The position numbers and the translations under genes were made by a program. From assembly GCA_051362555.1 (NCBI GenBank), contig CM120640.1, forward strand, positions 16,926,001 to 16,990,000: 64,000 nucleotides of DNA, in the 5' to 3' direction. Each line of letters opens with the position of its first letter. Within the stretch, counting starts at the first letter, position 1. Source of the stretch: Lingula anatina. Taxonomy: Eukaryota; Animalia; Brachiopoda. Shown here in pieces: positions 49,501-62,987 of the stretch. The notes below the pieces were generated by a model. That model was not told the origin of the DNA and did not search any database. It saw nothing but the letters and a program-made list of their open reading frames with translations.

Positions 49501-52492
49501 TAAAAAGGATTTTTTCTTTTCTGCTACTACCGATACTACGAAAGAAAATGAAAACATGTGGGAGCTGATTCTCAGCTGAAAAGGAGAAAAACACTTAAAT
49601 ACAAAACACAATTGCATCCATATACTACAGTAAGAAAAATACAATAGTCCTCACATTAGGCAAAATAATTTTCAAAATGTGCTAAAAGGTGCACTTGACT
49701 GAAAGCCGATAAAAATGTCATTTCGTTTTTCAATGCATCGCCGTTGGAGAACATCCACCATGAACATGCCATGGCGATTACGAGCAATTCAACAAACGCA
49801 AAAATAAAGAATTAATTATCTTTGAACAATGAGCCAGGGGCAACAAACAATCACAAAAACGATAACAAACAACTTAAAATTATATTGTATCCGCCCTCTT
49901 AACTCAAGAGCTTACCTGTATAGCATATGTTACATTCGTCTGTAGATTGCCTATGGTTCCTCTAAATGTGGTTTCATTGAAATCAACGACTGTCTGCTGG
50001 CCGCCGGTCGCTGTGCTGTACCTGACGTCATACCTTGTGATTCTGCCACCTGGCGGATTTGGTTCTGACCATGATAATTCTACGGAGTCACTCTGCTGGC
50101 TTGTTATAGTAGGAGGAGACATTTTGGGGGGAACTGAAATAAAAAAAAAAAAAAACACGCCAAGTCAAATGGACAACTATCTTTATGTCATAAACGAGAA
50201 CAAACCATTACACGCACATTAATAATTACGATGGGTGGACGGTTAAAGGGATAACAGCTGTTCATTTTGGCCAAAAAATTAATTTCTTGGGGTAAACAGC
50301 AATTTTCCCATACTTACCAATGGTTAGTTAATTAATCCATTTCTACATTCAAAGTTAATCCCTGTTTTTTTTTTTCTAAAAAGTTTGTTAATAGCCATCT
50401 ATGGATGTCACGTGGTCGGATGGCAAGCACATATTTAAGATTTATTGCTATTGCTGTCGTTTTTGTGGTAAAATAGAATATATTATATTTCTACGAGTTG
50501 TTTACAATGTATTTATTGTGAAATATAGATCTCATACGAAGAGTTGTTATCTCTTTAAGAGAGAGAGAGTGTCTGTATACTCAAGAAGTTATAATGAGAT
50601 CTCATTATAACTTCTTGGTATACTTTACCTCCTTCTGGTGTTGTAGCATAGAATGTGCGGCTTGGCCCCTCGAGTCCCGCGTTATTAAAGATGCTAAGGA
50701 TGAGAGTATAGTTACTGTAGGGGATCAGATTATACATAGTATAAGTAGGGTTGGTGGTGTCATTCGGTCCTATCGTTGAAGAATCCCCTTGCCTTTGATA
50801 CCTTACTCGAATTTTCTGAAGAGATTCACACCTAATTATTGCTGAATCTATTCCCTGAAATAACCAAAAGAACTCAATATCAGCTGTATCAAAAATCAAA
50901 TGAATGAATAAACAAACAAATTAATTAATTAAAATTATCCTACCGCAAAGAGAGAAAAAATGAATTTTTTGGGCAAAGTTTTGTTTAACTAATATTAGTT
51001 TTATTATTCGTATCCGTGTCACATCTTTTTGAGATAGGATTATTTACAAATTAACAAAAAAGTTCATCTGATCATTTTGTAAATAAATTTTACCTGGACT
51101 GTATAACGGATACCTGCAAAAGATCCGTCGCCGTATAAACTTGCCAAAATATTGATTGGTTGCGGTGGAATTAGCGGGACTGGAATAAGAGGTTTTGTTG
51201 AGGTTATAAGATATACCTACATTGAAACATAGCATAAAAGTCTTGCCTTGGTTTAATTGTTTTCTAACTCTAAGTTGGAGACAAAAAATGCGTCACTTTA
51301 CAAAACAATTAATGACCGGCATCATGAACATTGCGATAAAAATTATCACTTTACCTCCACAAGTCTTAAACGTGGCGCTGGCACTTGACTTTCCTTCCCG
51401 CTCTTCCTCGTCAACAACAATAACTCGGAACCGGTAATCAGTGTACTGGTTAAGATTTGAGACTGTAGTTGAAAACTGGTTTCCGGCATCTTTCCTCTGC
51501 CATGCTGAGCCACTGCTACCGTCTGATTGGTACTCCACAATATATCTTGTGGCACTTCCGGTTCCTGCGCCTGTAGCAGCGGACCACGCGTCCCAGGAGA
51601 TGGTCACAGTGTCGCCTGTTCGAGAAACTTTACGTGGAGGACCTACCAGACGTGGCACCTCTGAAAAAGAAAAATTAAAGAGGTTTAATTAATCTTGTTT
51701 TATCACTAGTATATTGGGGTAAAACAGAACGCAGGTTGGCGTTTTAGAATAATTTTTTTCTCAAAGCAGGAACGCGATTTCATTTTTTGTGCCATTTTTT
51801 TAATTGTCACTGAATAAAGTCATAGTCACTTCATTTGGAAAACTTATGGAGTGAATTGTTAAGTGTAAAAAAGATCAAAAATTAATATTCTCAAATGTGA
51901 CATTACATCATAATCATACCTCGAAAGCAGCCATTCCCTTTCCAGTGCGGCAAGCAGGTAGTGGGCACTTGGCATCCATGGTCCTTCCAGCCTGCTCCGC
52001 ACCCGCTGCTACACTGCCCCGTCACTGGGTGGCACACTTCATTCGACAGCTGACACTGACACCGGTACTGACACTGGGGTCCAAAAGCACCGTCGGCACA
52101 GGCTGCAAGGAAGAAAGAAAAATCTATAAAATAGCTGATATCGTTGATGATTATAACTCAGAAAACCCTATTTATTTTCATAGTATTGAACTACATTAAA
52201 AGTTTCTTCACAATAACAGCGTAAGTTAGAGTAGAGTAATTTCCACTCTGATATTTTGCAGAAACTAATTGTTTTTGGTTGTATTGCAAAGCTAATGGAT
52301 CTTAAACTTACTTTTACTTATTTATAATAACTTAGTAAATGCCGTCAATAAGCGAAAACGATCCGTAATAGCACCACAACATGGGTTGTTTTTTGTAAAA
52401 TTAATGGGATTTCTCTAAACGGTTAAATGATACAAATTTGAAAATTTATATACAAGCCATAACGTTATTCAGTTATATTTTATACTTTCCAA

Positions 52493-52532
<40 letters not shown>

Positions 52533-55500
52533 AATAATAAATAAATAGATAAAACAATTTCTTAAGAACATTTTACCCTGGTATTTGTATCCCTTGACCA
52601 ACACTTCGCAAAGGGTTAAAATGTTAGTTGCCCTGAGCTGAATAATCAGCACCTGGCCCACGAATTGCTGAACGCACGTTAGTTCCTCAGCTTGACCATT
52701 TGGTACTTGGGTGTTGCGGGATATGCATAAGTCGTAGCTTCCGCTAATTGAGCTATTCCGTAACCTGATGTCAAAATAATTCAATCGATTTCCACCTGAA
52801 ATAAAAAGTGCATTACTTCTACAGTGAAGCTTAAATTTTAAAAAAATATATCCGAATTGCCATTATGTAGTTCATATTTAAATGTCAATTTTACGCTTTT
52901 CTACATAGAGTTAGTGGTTAGTTATAAAATTGAAATAATTATTTCCAAGAGTTTTTTAATGCAATTAAGACGTGAACAAGGTGTCTGTTGCTTTTCAATT
53001 TCTGTGGAACACAATAAAAGTACAATGTAAAAAATTCCCTCATCTCCAAGTGATTTACTTACAACAGTCACCCCTGTTAACAAGAGTTACACTGTACACG
53101 GCATACTGCGCGCCCAGGTCTGTCCGCCACCATGGGGTGGCTTCATTGGCAGTGTGCGTGCATGATGAATGATAAAAATATGTGTCTAAATTGCCATCAA
53201 CGGCCCGGGCCGATCCCTCTCCTGTACTCTGCTGGGTCAATTTCCCGTATGCTAGGTTATCTAGAATTAAACAACCGTTTGTTGGCTTAAAGGCATGCAT
53301 TGCGGGTGAGAAAAATTCTTGGAAAATTCAGAAATTTTATCGATATCAGCCTATCACGAAGGCATACTCGATCCAATACCGTTAAGAAAGTATCATATTC
53401 GCTGAAATCTGAATGAATTACTGGCTGCGATCAACATCCAGACCTAAGCTGTATTTTTCATATTTCTTAATATTAAAAAACACTTATAATAATATAATAA
53501 CTCTGACCAATACATACAAGGGTATTCATATCCCTTCACAATCACTTCACAAAGGCTGAGAATCTGGCCCCCAACTTTTTTAATCCTCACATATCGTCCA
53601 AGTATAGGCGGGTCAATTGGGAATTCCAAGTACGCCGTGGCGCAGGCATCGGCCCGGGATATCTCCCTACAGTTCGATGTGACAGTACTGTTCCCAATGC
53701 AGGCAAATACTAGATTAAAAGGACCTGGAAAAGAAAAATTAATTTGGAGATTTGTGCTGTAGACAAACGCTAACGCAAAGGGTTGGGGTTAAGTTTCGTA
53801 TTATTACCTCCGCCAAGGATGTTATGTTTTCACCCGTTTGTCTGTCTGTCTGTTTGTTTGTCATCAACATAACTCAAAAAGCTATGGACCGATTTTGATG
53901 AAATTTTCAGGGTAGGTCGGAAATGGGTAAACATAGAAGTGATTTGTTTTTGGTGGTGATCCGGATCCATAATCAATCAATGATCAATAAAAATCAATCA
54001 TCAATATAACTCAAAAAGTTATGGACCGATTTTGCTGAAATTTCCAGGGTAGCCCAGAAATGGGTTTACTTAGAAGTGATTAGTTTTTGGTGGTGATCCG
54101 GATCAATAATCAATCAGTAATCAATAATAATAAAAAATTGCTGCCTTGGCGGAGGTCTGCGCTCTCGGAGTGCTTTTCTAGTTTTAAATCATATGCTTGT
54201 TAAAAATACCAAATACAGAAAAACAAAAAGTGAATCCCTTAAAATAAAAAATTTACGGGATCTTCGCTCCTTCCTTTACTATAAATTCTTTCACCTTCAA
54301 TAACAAGGCAAAAAAGAATGTCACTTACAAACACCAGAGGTGGGTTTCTGCACGGCTATTTTCCTTACGACGTGAAGTCCTCCCAGGTCTACCAGCCACG
54401 ATGGGTCGTTCTGTAAGTTGGTCAAGGCGCAGTCACTCCCCTGGGTACTGTTATTTCCATCAACAGCGAGAGATGCCAGGAAATTTGAATTAGTGGTCGA
54501 CTGAGAAGCTTGCTTTCCTTGCGCCAGATTGACGTCATCTTTTGAAAATAAAAAGAGTTTGTCTTAGAAGAACATTTGTGTTGTAATTTGTACATGAATG
54601 CAGCAACACAGTTTCTCGTGGTCATCAAAGAACATTACGGCGTCACTTAAATACATGTATAAAACTAACATATAAGCATGGTGTATTTATATCGGGTGGT
54701 TAAAAAAAGTTAACAAAACAAAAAAAACCTTACTAGTTTCAAATTTTCAATAACTTTATTAATTTTGAAATTATTGCAATGAAATTTGGAACATTTTAGG
54801 ACAATTGTGTTTTTATAAATGCTGAAATTTCATGAATCTAACTTTCTTAATTTTGTAAAAAAAAAACTGAGTAGGTTACTTTAGATAAGGGCCACCGAGC
54901 ATTATTACTTAGGGAAAGAGAAAAGGTGCATTTTACCGTCAGAGCATCCTATTCCCCATGGGTTATCTACACAGTTCGGCGGACATGTACCCAGTGTTTT
55001 CTGACATATCTGTGCCTGTTTACAGAAACAATTACTCTGGGTGTCACACAACCAGCCAAAGTATCCCTCTCCTTCAACGCAGCTTAATGAGGTCTGAACT
55101 GAAATTAGAAAGCGAATTTATTGAGGATTATCAGCCAGTGTTAATCCATTCTAATTGACGTGGGAATTCTATGTTGTATGTTGTAAAGCGAGAGTGTGTG
55201 ATAAAAAATAAATGTAAAATAATATGCATGAAACGGGATATATAAACAATAATAGCTATATGCTGATAAAACCGCTCCACGCAATTTCATGAGGCAATAT
55301 TTTAAATTATTTGGGTGACCCATTATTTTGCGGTATTCGCCTTTGTATTCAATATTCAGACGACATACTTAAGTTTATCTCAGAATAAGAAAAAGGTTCA
55401 TTTGTTTTGAATCAGCCAACATACACGTATTCTACAAAGGTAGATGCATATTTAAGAACTTGACAGCAACCTTTTCTAATATACAGACGCTAAACAGTAA

Positions 55501-58500
55501 AAAGTCAGTCCCATAATATGTGCCATGTACATAAACAGGCAAATTCCACTACAGATTGAAAAAAATTTAACAAATTTATAACGTTTACAGTGACCGAATA
55601 CATAAACAGAGTACTGTTCATCTGCAATCCAAAGATTGACTGCGTCTTTTCACTGAACTTATTATACAAGTTCGTTCTCAATCTGAACACATGAGCATAG
55701 GGTCAGCTCTTGTTTGCATCCTATGGAACAAACGTTGCTAAAATAAATTTACAAAAAACACACACACACAAGAACAAAACAATAGTAAATATAAACATAT
55801 AAAATACAAAAGGGAAAGGTTACTTCTTTTGCAAAATAATCCCGTTATGCTGATTTTCAAAAAGAACCTGCATTTTAACCATAGAAAGCCACTTTGACGT
55901 GAAAAAAATACGGTTCGTAACTTACAGGGCAAATCTTACGACAATAGATATAAAAAATCAATTAATTTTATTAAAACTTACAAGTATGCTCATTTTCGAA
56001 AGGAAGATAAATTTAATTACACAAAGCCACTCAATAGATTTAAAGTAAAACAAAAGTACTGTTTTGCAGTAACAGTATGAACAAGAGACAACAAACAACA
56101 GCGACGACGACACTCACATGACACTGACAGACACAATGATCAGAATATATAAAGACACGTATAGTGTAGGAATAAGAAAATATGCATCAAAACAAAATAT
56201 CTGCACACCGTTTAGCGACTCTCTATTTACAGATTTAAAGTATAAATTTGAAATTATGCTACAAACATTAAGTGCTAGGGCTCATTCTATCATGCCCTAA
56301 AGAGAGAGTCCGAAATAGAGTATAAAAACAGTTTCTCATTTGTGCTTCTTTTTTATAGGACTACTCTAAGTTTGTTTGTCGCTTTCAAGTATTTATGTAA
56401 GTATGCTTAAAACATTCGTATTACTTCCTACTTCACCTTTTGTCTGCAATGTACTCTATTAGTTGCAATGTCTTATTTTATTCTTCTCGGAAATAATAAA
56501 CATAGACTAATAAACCGCCAACCCGTATCGTGTTTTAAATTGGTCAAGTCAGTCATAAAATAACCGTACACGAAATAAAAACTTTATAGGAAATTGCGGA
56601 GGATGGGGTTGTTCCATAAATTGCATCATAATCATAAAATGTTAAAGGAATAGTGAACTGGGATGACGCACGCATTCCAAATAAGAAAATGAAACATGTG
56701 TGTGTGTGTGGGGGGGGGGGGGGGGGGGAGGGTTGGGAATAACATTTGGGTGTGAACCGTGTGATGCTTGTTTCCACGTGATTCTGTGTCCTTGCACAGT
56801 TTGACCAATATTAATAAGCTTACATGTATGTGTTCTACTAGCTAGCACACAAGCTAGGTGAAAAGCGGTGATGGAGAGGAAAATGTATCTGAAAAACAAC
56901 TAAGTCTGACCCGATTTCCATTATCCCATAGAGTCGCCTCGCATATTTCTTAGTGCTGTTGGAATAATTTCCCTGCATATTGTAAAAGGAGTGAAATGTT
57001 TTTCTTTTCATTAATGACAGTTTAAGGTCGTAAGATCATTGGCTCTGAGGATATGATGCATTTCTATATGACAGGTGGAGTAGAACCTGCCCGATGAAGC
57101 AAACATATTTAAACAAACTTCCCTCGTGCTGATAGCAAAGTTGAAACATAAAGTGTGAATGGATATAAGAATGCACCTCTTCTGTTTCCTTGAATTTGAT
57201 TCACTGAATCTTCGAGGGCATATCGTAATAACCAACATCTGAGGTTTCACTCTAATTCCAATATCCACAGTTGAAACTATTTTAAATATTTTATGTCATT
57301 TATCTGAAAGGTGGATTACGGGAAAAGGAAACAGGAAGATGATAAATGTAAAAATAAGAAAAGAAGAGAAAGGATAACAAATACAATTTGTAATTTCCTT
57401 TCTAGCCCTCGTATCTCCCAAACGTAAACACCCGGATTTGACACAGGTATTAAGAGGGACGGGCAACTTTTGTTTAATCATACTACCGCAGTTTGATATT
57501 ACAAGAATACATACATAGAGACATTATGTGACCGTGGCGATGTACGCTTTATTCGGTTTTAAAGGTGAAATGCATTTACTTTCTCTCAGTATGTATGTCA
57601 AATAATACACTGCCACCTTTTTTCGCAGACGCTCGAGGTGTTCTGGCATATATCGTTCGGATGAGTGTATTATCTTAGTCGTAGACACAGACACCTCCCT
57701 CAGTACAACCTACAGACTCACTGGTACAATGTATTAATCTAATACACGCATCAATCATAACAGATAACCCGTTCTCCAACACGTAATCTCAACAATCAAC
57801 AAGCAAATTGTGCGTATTGTATGTATTTCAAGGGTGGGGGCTAAATTCCAGCGCCCCATCTCTACAAGGTGTTAAGTATTTCAAACATTCACCAGAAGGA
57901 TTTTTCTGCATAGTGTTTTATTCAAGTCGGTGCTTTAAAACCACAAGCATAGTTTTCTGAATTTGATGTCTCCACAGTACTTCAGTGTAAGGTTACCGTG
58001 TTTAAAATATATCACTGGAATATGTAATCAAACACGCAAAATGAGATTACTCAAATTCCATGAAAAAGAACACTATAAATACACTTTCACCGAAAACGGT
58101 GAGAGATTTACAAGTTATACAGACATCAATCAATAGACAACACCTTTTCTTACATTTTTTCCCCATAAAAAAAATTAACCAGTAGTTAAGTGTACACGTA
58201 AACGTATTGTGGAGGGCACGCTGTACTTAATTCTCCCATCCATACAAGACGTAGATTAATTTATAAAATCCAATCATCATTCTTTTGTTTTACAAGTGCC
58301 GTGTCATATCCGCATGATGTACTTCGAAAATTTGATAGCAAATGCATTTAATGTTAACAGAACTGCATGTAGATATATCTTCAGTTAAGTATTAAACAAG
58401 TTGAACTGTGCGACTCATCTATAAAAAGAAATCATTCCAATCTTTACTTTATTGGCCTTGTGGTTAAAAGAACCGAAGGCGACATAACTGGTAAGCTTGT

Positions 58501-60759
58501 TATCTCAGCTATCAAATTAAGGGAAAGAAATCGATCTAGTAATCAACTGTCCTTATTCCATAGATACTCCAAGTGGCTAGTGGCTAAGACACCGTGCATT
58601 ATTTCTGATTAGCTTTATACAGTTATGTGATACACAACGTTTTATGAATCTTCTCAAGGAATCAATGGGCACTGAACACCACGACGCTGACTGGCAGATG
58701 TATATTTCGGCACGATTAGGATGAGTCAACGTCAAAAGGCTGATAAAGCCCCTCGCAGTGTAGTGCAATGTTAATGACTTGGAACTTAGTGTGATATTAA
58801 TTATATTGAAATTTAGAGATAATGGGTTAATCAAGCACGCCTTGCGTTATTCACCCTTCCAAAAAAAATGCTCAAAATCTTTTATTTAATAATCACGCAG
58901 CTGTTCTCTACTTAGGACGCACAGAAAACTCGATCTAACCTTGTTCTCTAAGACTTAAGGGATCTTTAGTTCTCGTTAGCTTTATTTATTCTTCTCTTTT
59001 GGACCAGAAATAGAAAACAGTTTGCTTTAAAGGAATTCAGACTCGATCAGGAGTAGTGGTCAACATCGGTCTTCAGTTTTCCTCTTCTTGACCATTCGCA
59101 TTACCAGATATTTCCCCCGCTTCCTTTATGCCAGCCCCTTGTTCCCAGAGTATGATATGATATTACTGTATTTATTTTTTTTTAAATCAGTGCCAGTATT
59201 TTGTTTTAATTTTTTTTGTGCATTTTGTCAATGGAAATATTACTTTCTTACTTTATTCCATTTTGTTAGTTATTTATTAACATTATGTTTTGTTGTATAC
59301 CAGTATGGGTTCCATTCTTTCTAATTTTTCTTTCTTTCCCCCTTTTTGTAAACTGCCCTTGTAAATATTTTTCTTTTGTTCTCTTAAGGAAAGCGTATAA
59401 CGTTCCAAGCGAATCGCCTTCTTTTATCTTTCTTTTCTGAATAAATCTTGTTGAAAAAAAACATGCGCCTTCTACAAAGTGTCTGACTACACTGACTAGT
59501 AACGAAGGTTTATCGGAGTCTATAGACAGCCGTATAGACTCACTAGGAACCTGCATATAACAGTGTGTCAACCACTCCGATAAACAGTCACCAGTGAAGA
59601 AAACCACAGAAGTTTGTCTCAAAATTACGTTTATATAACACAACATATCATCGGTAAAACCCACAGATTTAACTTATACCCGGATATGGAGCCGAAGATC
59701 GGACATCGCTCCCATTGTTGACTATAGGCTTTATTATATGTGGAATTAATCCTTTCATGACCCGTGACCTCTGCTCACACCCATTATGTACATGTATGAA
59801 CCACTTTGTGTGTAGTACAGTATAATGCACTATATAATATGTGGTATGTCGCGATAAATATTTAGGTATCCGGCCGCGTAGTTGTCTCTTTTATACATCT
59901 GTACTGGCTTGTTCTTTTTACGCCCAAGGGAGTGATACCACGGCATAACTGTTCAATATACAAGTACTAGTAGCATGATCAGTTTGGGGTTGCTTTATCC
60001 TGCTGTAGCTACGTCTTTTTGTGATTTACTTGAACTCTGTTACAGGACGTAAGGGGTACATGTACTAGTAGTCGCGGTCAGTGTATACTGTGGTCGCCCA
60101 AAGCCTTTGTTAAATAAACAATATACCAATCAGTACTGGACCGTTCAAGAGTGGACGTGGAAGGTTGGTGGCTCTTCGCCCCCCCCACCCCCCACCCACC
60201 AGCACACAAATACACGGACACTATGTCCAAACTGTGTAACAAAGAGAGTGTCGTTTTATAGATATATATATAGGCCATTATATATAAATTAGTGGTTAAC
60301 TGTCATGAAGTCAGCGTGTGTGGCTAAAGACAATACACATGCCAAGCCATCTGCCACTGGCGGTACTCAGTATTTGAACACACTGTCCCAGACGTATGAA
60401 AACACTGGATCGAAAATCGATGTAAAAGACATAATTCGCCCATTCTTTAACCACTGCGAAAAGATTTTGTACAGTAACAGTGTTCCGAACTGACAAACCG
60501 TCACGAGATCATTGTCAACTTCTATAATACTGTGTTATTACTCCGTACAGTGTGTCCTTGAAGTTCCAGTGTACATAACACACGGGTTTCCATTATACTG
60601 GGACTTACACACTATGCTAAAATAATCAGTCATCAACCCTGAGTTCTCCTCGTCGTCGTGTCCAATTAACAGTCAATTAAAACACTTACCTTGGATTATT
60701 ATGAATAGGATTAACAGGACTTCAGAGGAACCTTGACGATGCCGGAGTCCTCCGTTCAT
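40575..60759 (-). CDS. Receptor-type protein tyrosine phosphatase with EGF, F-type lectin and FN3 ectodomain and tandem PTP domains
   Basis: Signal exon 60759-60690 (tentative start); EGF-like 55098-54937; FTLD1 54538-54329 + ~53724-53518; FTLD2 53260-53063 + 52795-52577; EGF-like ~52102-51920; four FN3 ~51658-48635; membrane-proximal domain with RRRKR; TM ~47018-46924. D1 has [37 protein letters not shown]2 has [18 protein letters not shown]. Last exon ends FDTYANFQA*. Confidence 0.9.
40722..40950. mobile_element. MITE family 1, copy b
   Basis: Ends GGGACCATTCCCACAGATATTTGGATC and GTATGGGAACCCAGTC match the reverse complement of the ends of 3795-4018; ATA on both flanks. Confidence 0.75.
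53801..54181 (+). mobile_element. Helentron-associated / DINE-1-like non-autonomous element in a PTP intron
   Basis: 13-bp subterminal inverted repeats ACCTCCGCCAAGG (53806-53818) / CCTTGGCGGAGGT (54144-54156); GTCT/GTTT microsatellite; two ~136-bp tandem core units; 3' hairpin GCGCTC-TCG-GAGTGC; ends CTAG in a T-rich site. Confidence 0.85.
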
Positions 60760-62905
60760 TTTCAATCAACACAGTCTATCACATGAGGGCGAGTCCTTCC
60801 TTGTCCAGTTATAGGTAATCCAGCGGCCAAGGGTAAATATACGGAGCTGTTATAATAAGAATCGTGTTTTGCTTGGCTTATCTTGAATAGTGTTGGGTCG
60901 TACGGTAGCGGTCACACCTGGATTATTCGGTGACGGAAGTAGTCTCCTCATAAATTAGCTCCCTCTCCTACCTGACTGTGCTGTAGCCTCGTGTGTAGTG
61001 AGCCCTCCATGGTTCAGCGCCCTGAGATTAACGCAGTGCGGTAAATATGTGGAGTCACTGGGCAAATATGCGTAATGATGATGAACAATATCATACAGTC
61101 GTGCTGTTTAATAAATAACCGGTTTATATACATACATGTATTCTCATGGCTTATTGTGCATAACCTCAGTAAGAAAAATTGATTTAAAATAGGAAAAATA
61201 AAGAAAATTAAAAACCCATAGCAGGTGTGGACCAGTGCTGAGGAAAACGATAATCCTTCCTTTTCCACCTTCAAAGCGATCGATTACATAAGACGCGTCT
61301 GTCAATCCAATGGTATGTCAGCGTCATGCGTCTCTCCATTGGTCACCCCATGTGCTGTTGCAATGGGTTTTTACACTAGGAAGTAATTGGACTTTTCTTG
61401 GAAGGCGAACTAGGCGTAAATTAGAAAAATCCCTAGCTTTTGTATTTAAGGTTGAGCATAACTGAGTGAATTGGCTGTGCATTAATCTATACTAGGGTAC
61501 TAAACCTGTGGTATTATGAATGCTTCGATTGACATCCTGTTCCGAGTATATAGTATGACAGAAAGACACTGTCGGAGAGGAAGAACTGATAATTTTAGAA
61601 GTAATGAAATTCAGAACCACATGTAACTTGTTTTCAAGTCATTTTCCTGTTAAACTAGTAGTAAACACTTCACCGATCTACGTGTACGTGTGCCATTAAT
61701 GGAATGATAACTGCAGGAAATGCAACTGCCAAACTTATTCTCTATACTGTGAAAATAAACTTTTATATTTCAATCAACTTCTGAACATCAAACGTTTTCT
61801 TCATTTCCTTTCTTTTTCACTTAAAGATGAATCCAAAATATGAGGCACTCTGCTTATCATTATTTCTTGAAATATTATCGGAAAAATACAGATCTGTGCG
61901 AATTTTCATATTAATTATCTTCGACATTTACATGTACAAGAAAAACTTTCGTTGTTTGACAGATATTTTTAAAAAATTGCTAATACACGTAGCGCGTTTG
62001 TGATGGTAACCTTTCACCATAGGATCGGCTGTTATTTAACGAAACAAAAAGTAAACATTTAATTAAAGGTCACAGTCACATAGAAAATCTGCCAAGAGAA
62101 AACCTGCCATGAACATCATGTAGTCAAAACAAAAAAAGACAAGTGAGATGTAGAGGAATTTAGTCTAGTCAGTATGACAAAATCGTAAAAGATACAGCTA
62201 CAATCATTTGATGTCCACATCAACATCATCACAAAACCAATTCGTGCAATTAAACACAAGTATGTTATGATTATTTGATTGTCAACGGATAATGATATGC
62301 CGACCACTGTGCTAAATACACTGTACGTCTGTGGAGAGAAATGCTTCTTCGCCGATGAAGTCTTATCCTATTTGCCCAGTTTTTGGAATATCAGGCCTTG
62401 GTTTCGTAAAGCATACGTACACATATACATGTACAAGTGTCAGCCTTCGTTTTTCATAGAATGCATATCCATGACACCTAAATGTGAGCTATGAAAAGTA
62501 ACGCATGGCTTAAGAATGTTGTTCTTTTGAGTGAGATGACATGTTTATCATTATGTGTCATGCAGGGAACGAATCATCTCTTTGAGGCTAGTTTTCTTCA
62601 TCTATGGAGAAGTTGTCTGCCATTGTATTGTGAGTGTAAATGATTGTGCTTATGACTGCGCTTGTTGAGATAGAAATGTGGCGGCTCACTTGAGTTGCCA
62701 TGCTAGGCTTCTTTCGGCTGTAACATTTATATGTATTTTTTATAAAATGTTATTGTGGAGATTAAAGTGTAAAATAAATGACAAGAAAACAGATATATTG
62801 TACATCATTAATAATGCGTTTCTCGAACTACCGATAATGATAATATATCGCAGGCAAAATAAATATTGAACAAATAGTGGCCAGAGTTACGGAAGCGTGT
62901 AAGGG

Positions 62906-62987
62906 TCACAACACCACACACGAACGTCACAACAACACACACGAAACTCACAACACTACACACAAAACTCACAACACCACCCGAACA
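62906..62987. repeat. 21-bp minisatellite, about 4 copies
   Basis: TCACAACACCACACACGAACG / TCACAACAACACACACGAAAC / TCACAACACTACACACAAAAC / TCACAACACCACCCGAACA. Confidence 0.85.

Noticed and set aside
62906-62987. 21-bp repeats as a CRISPR-like array
   Set aside because: Contiguous units without unique spacers, in eukaryotic DNA with no cas genes.
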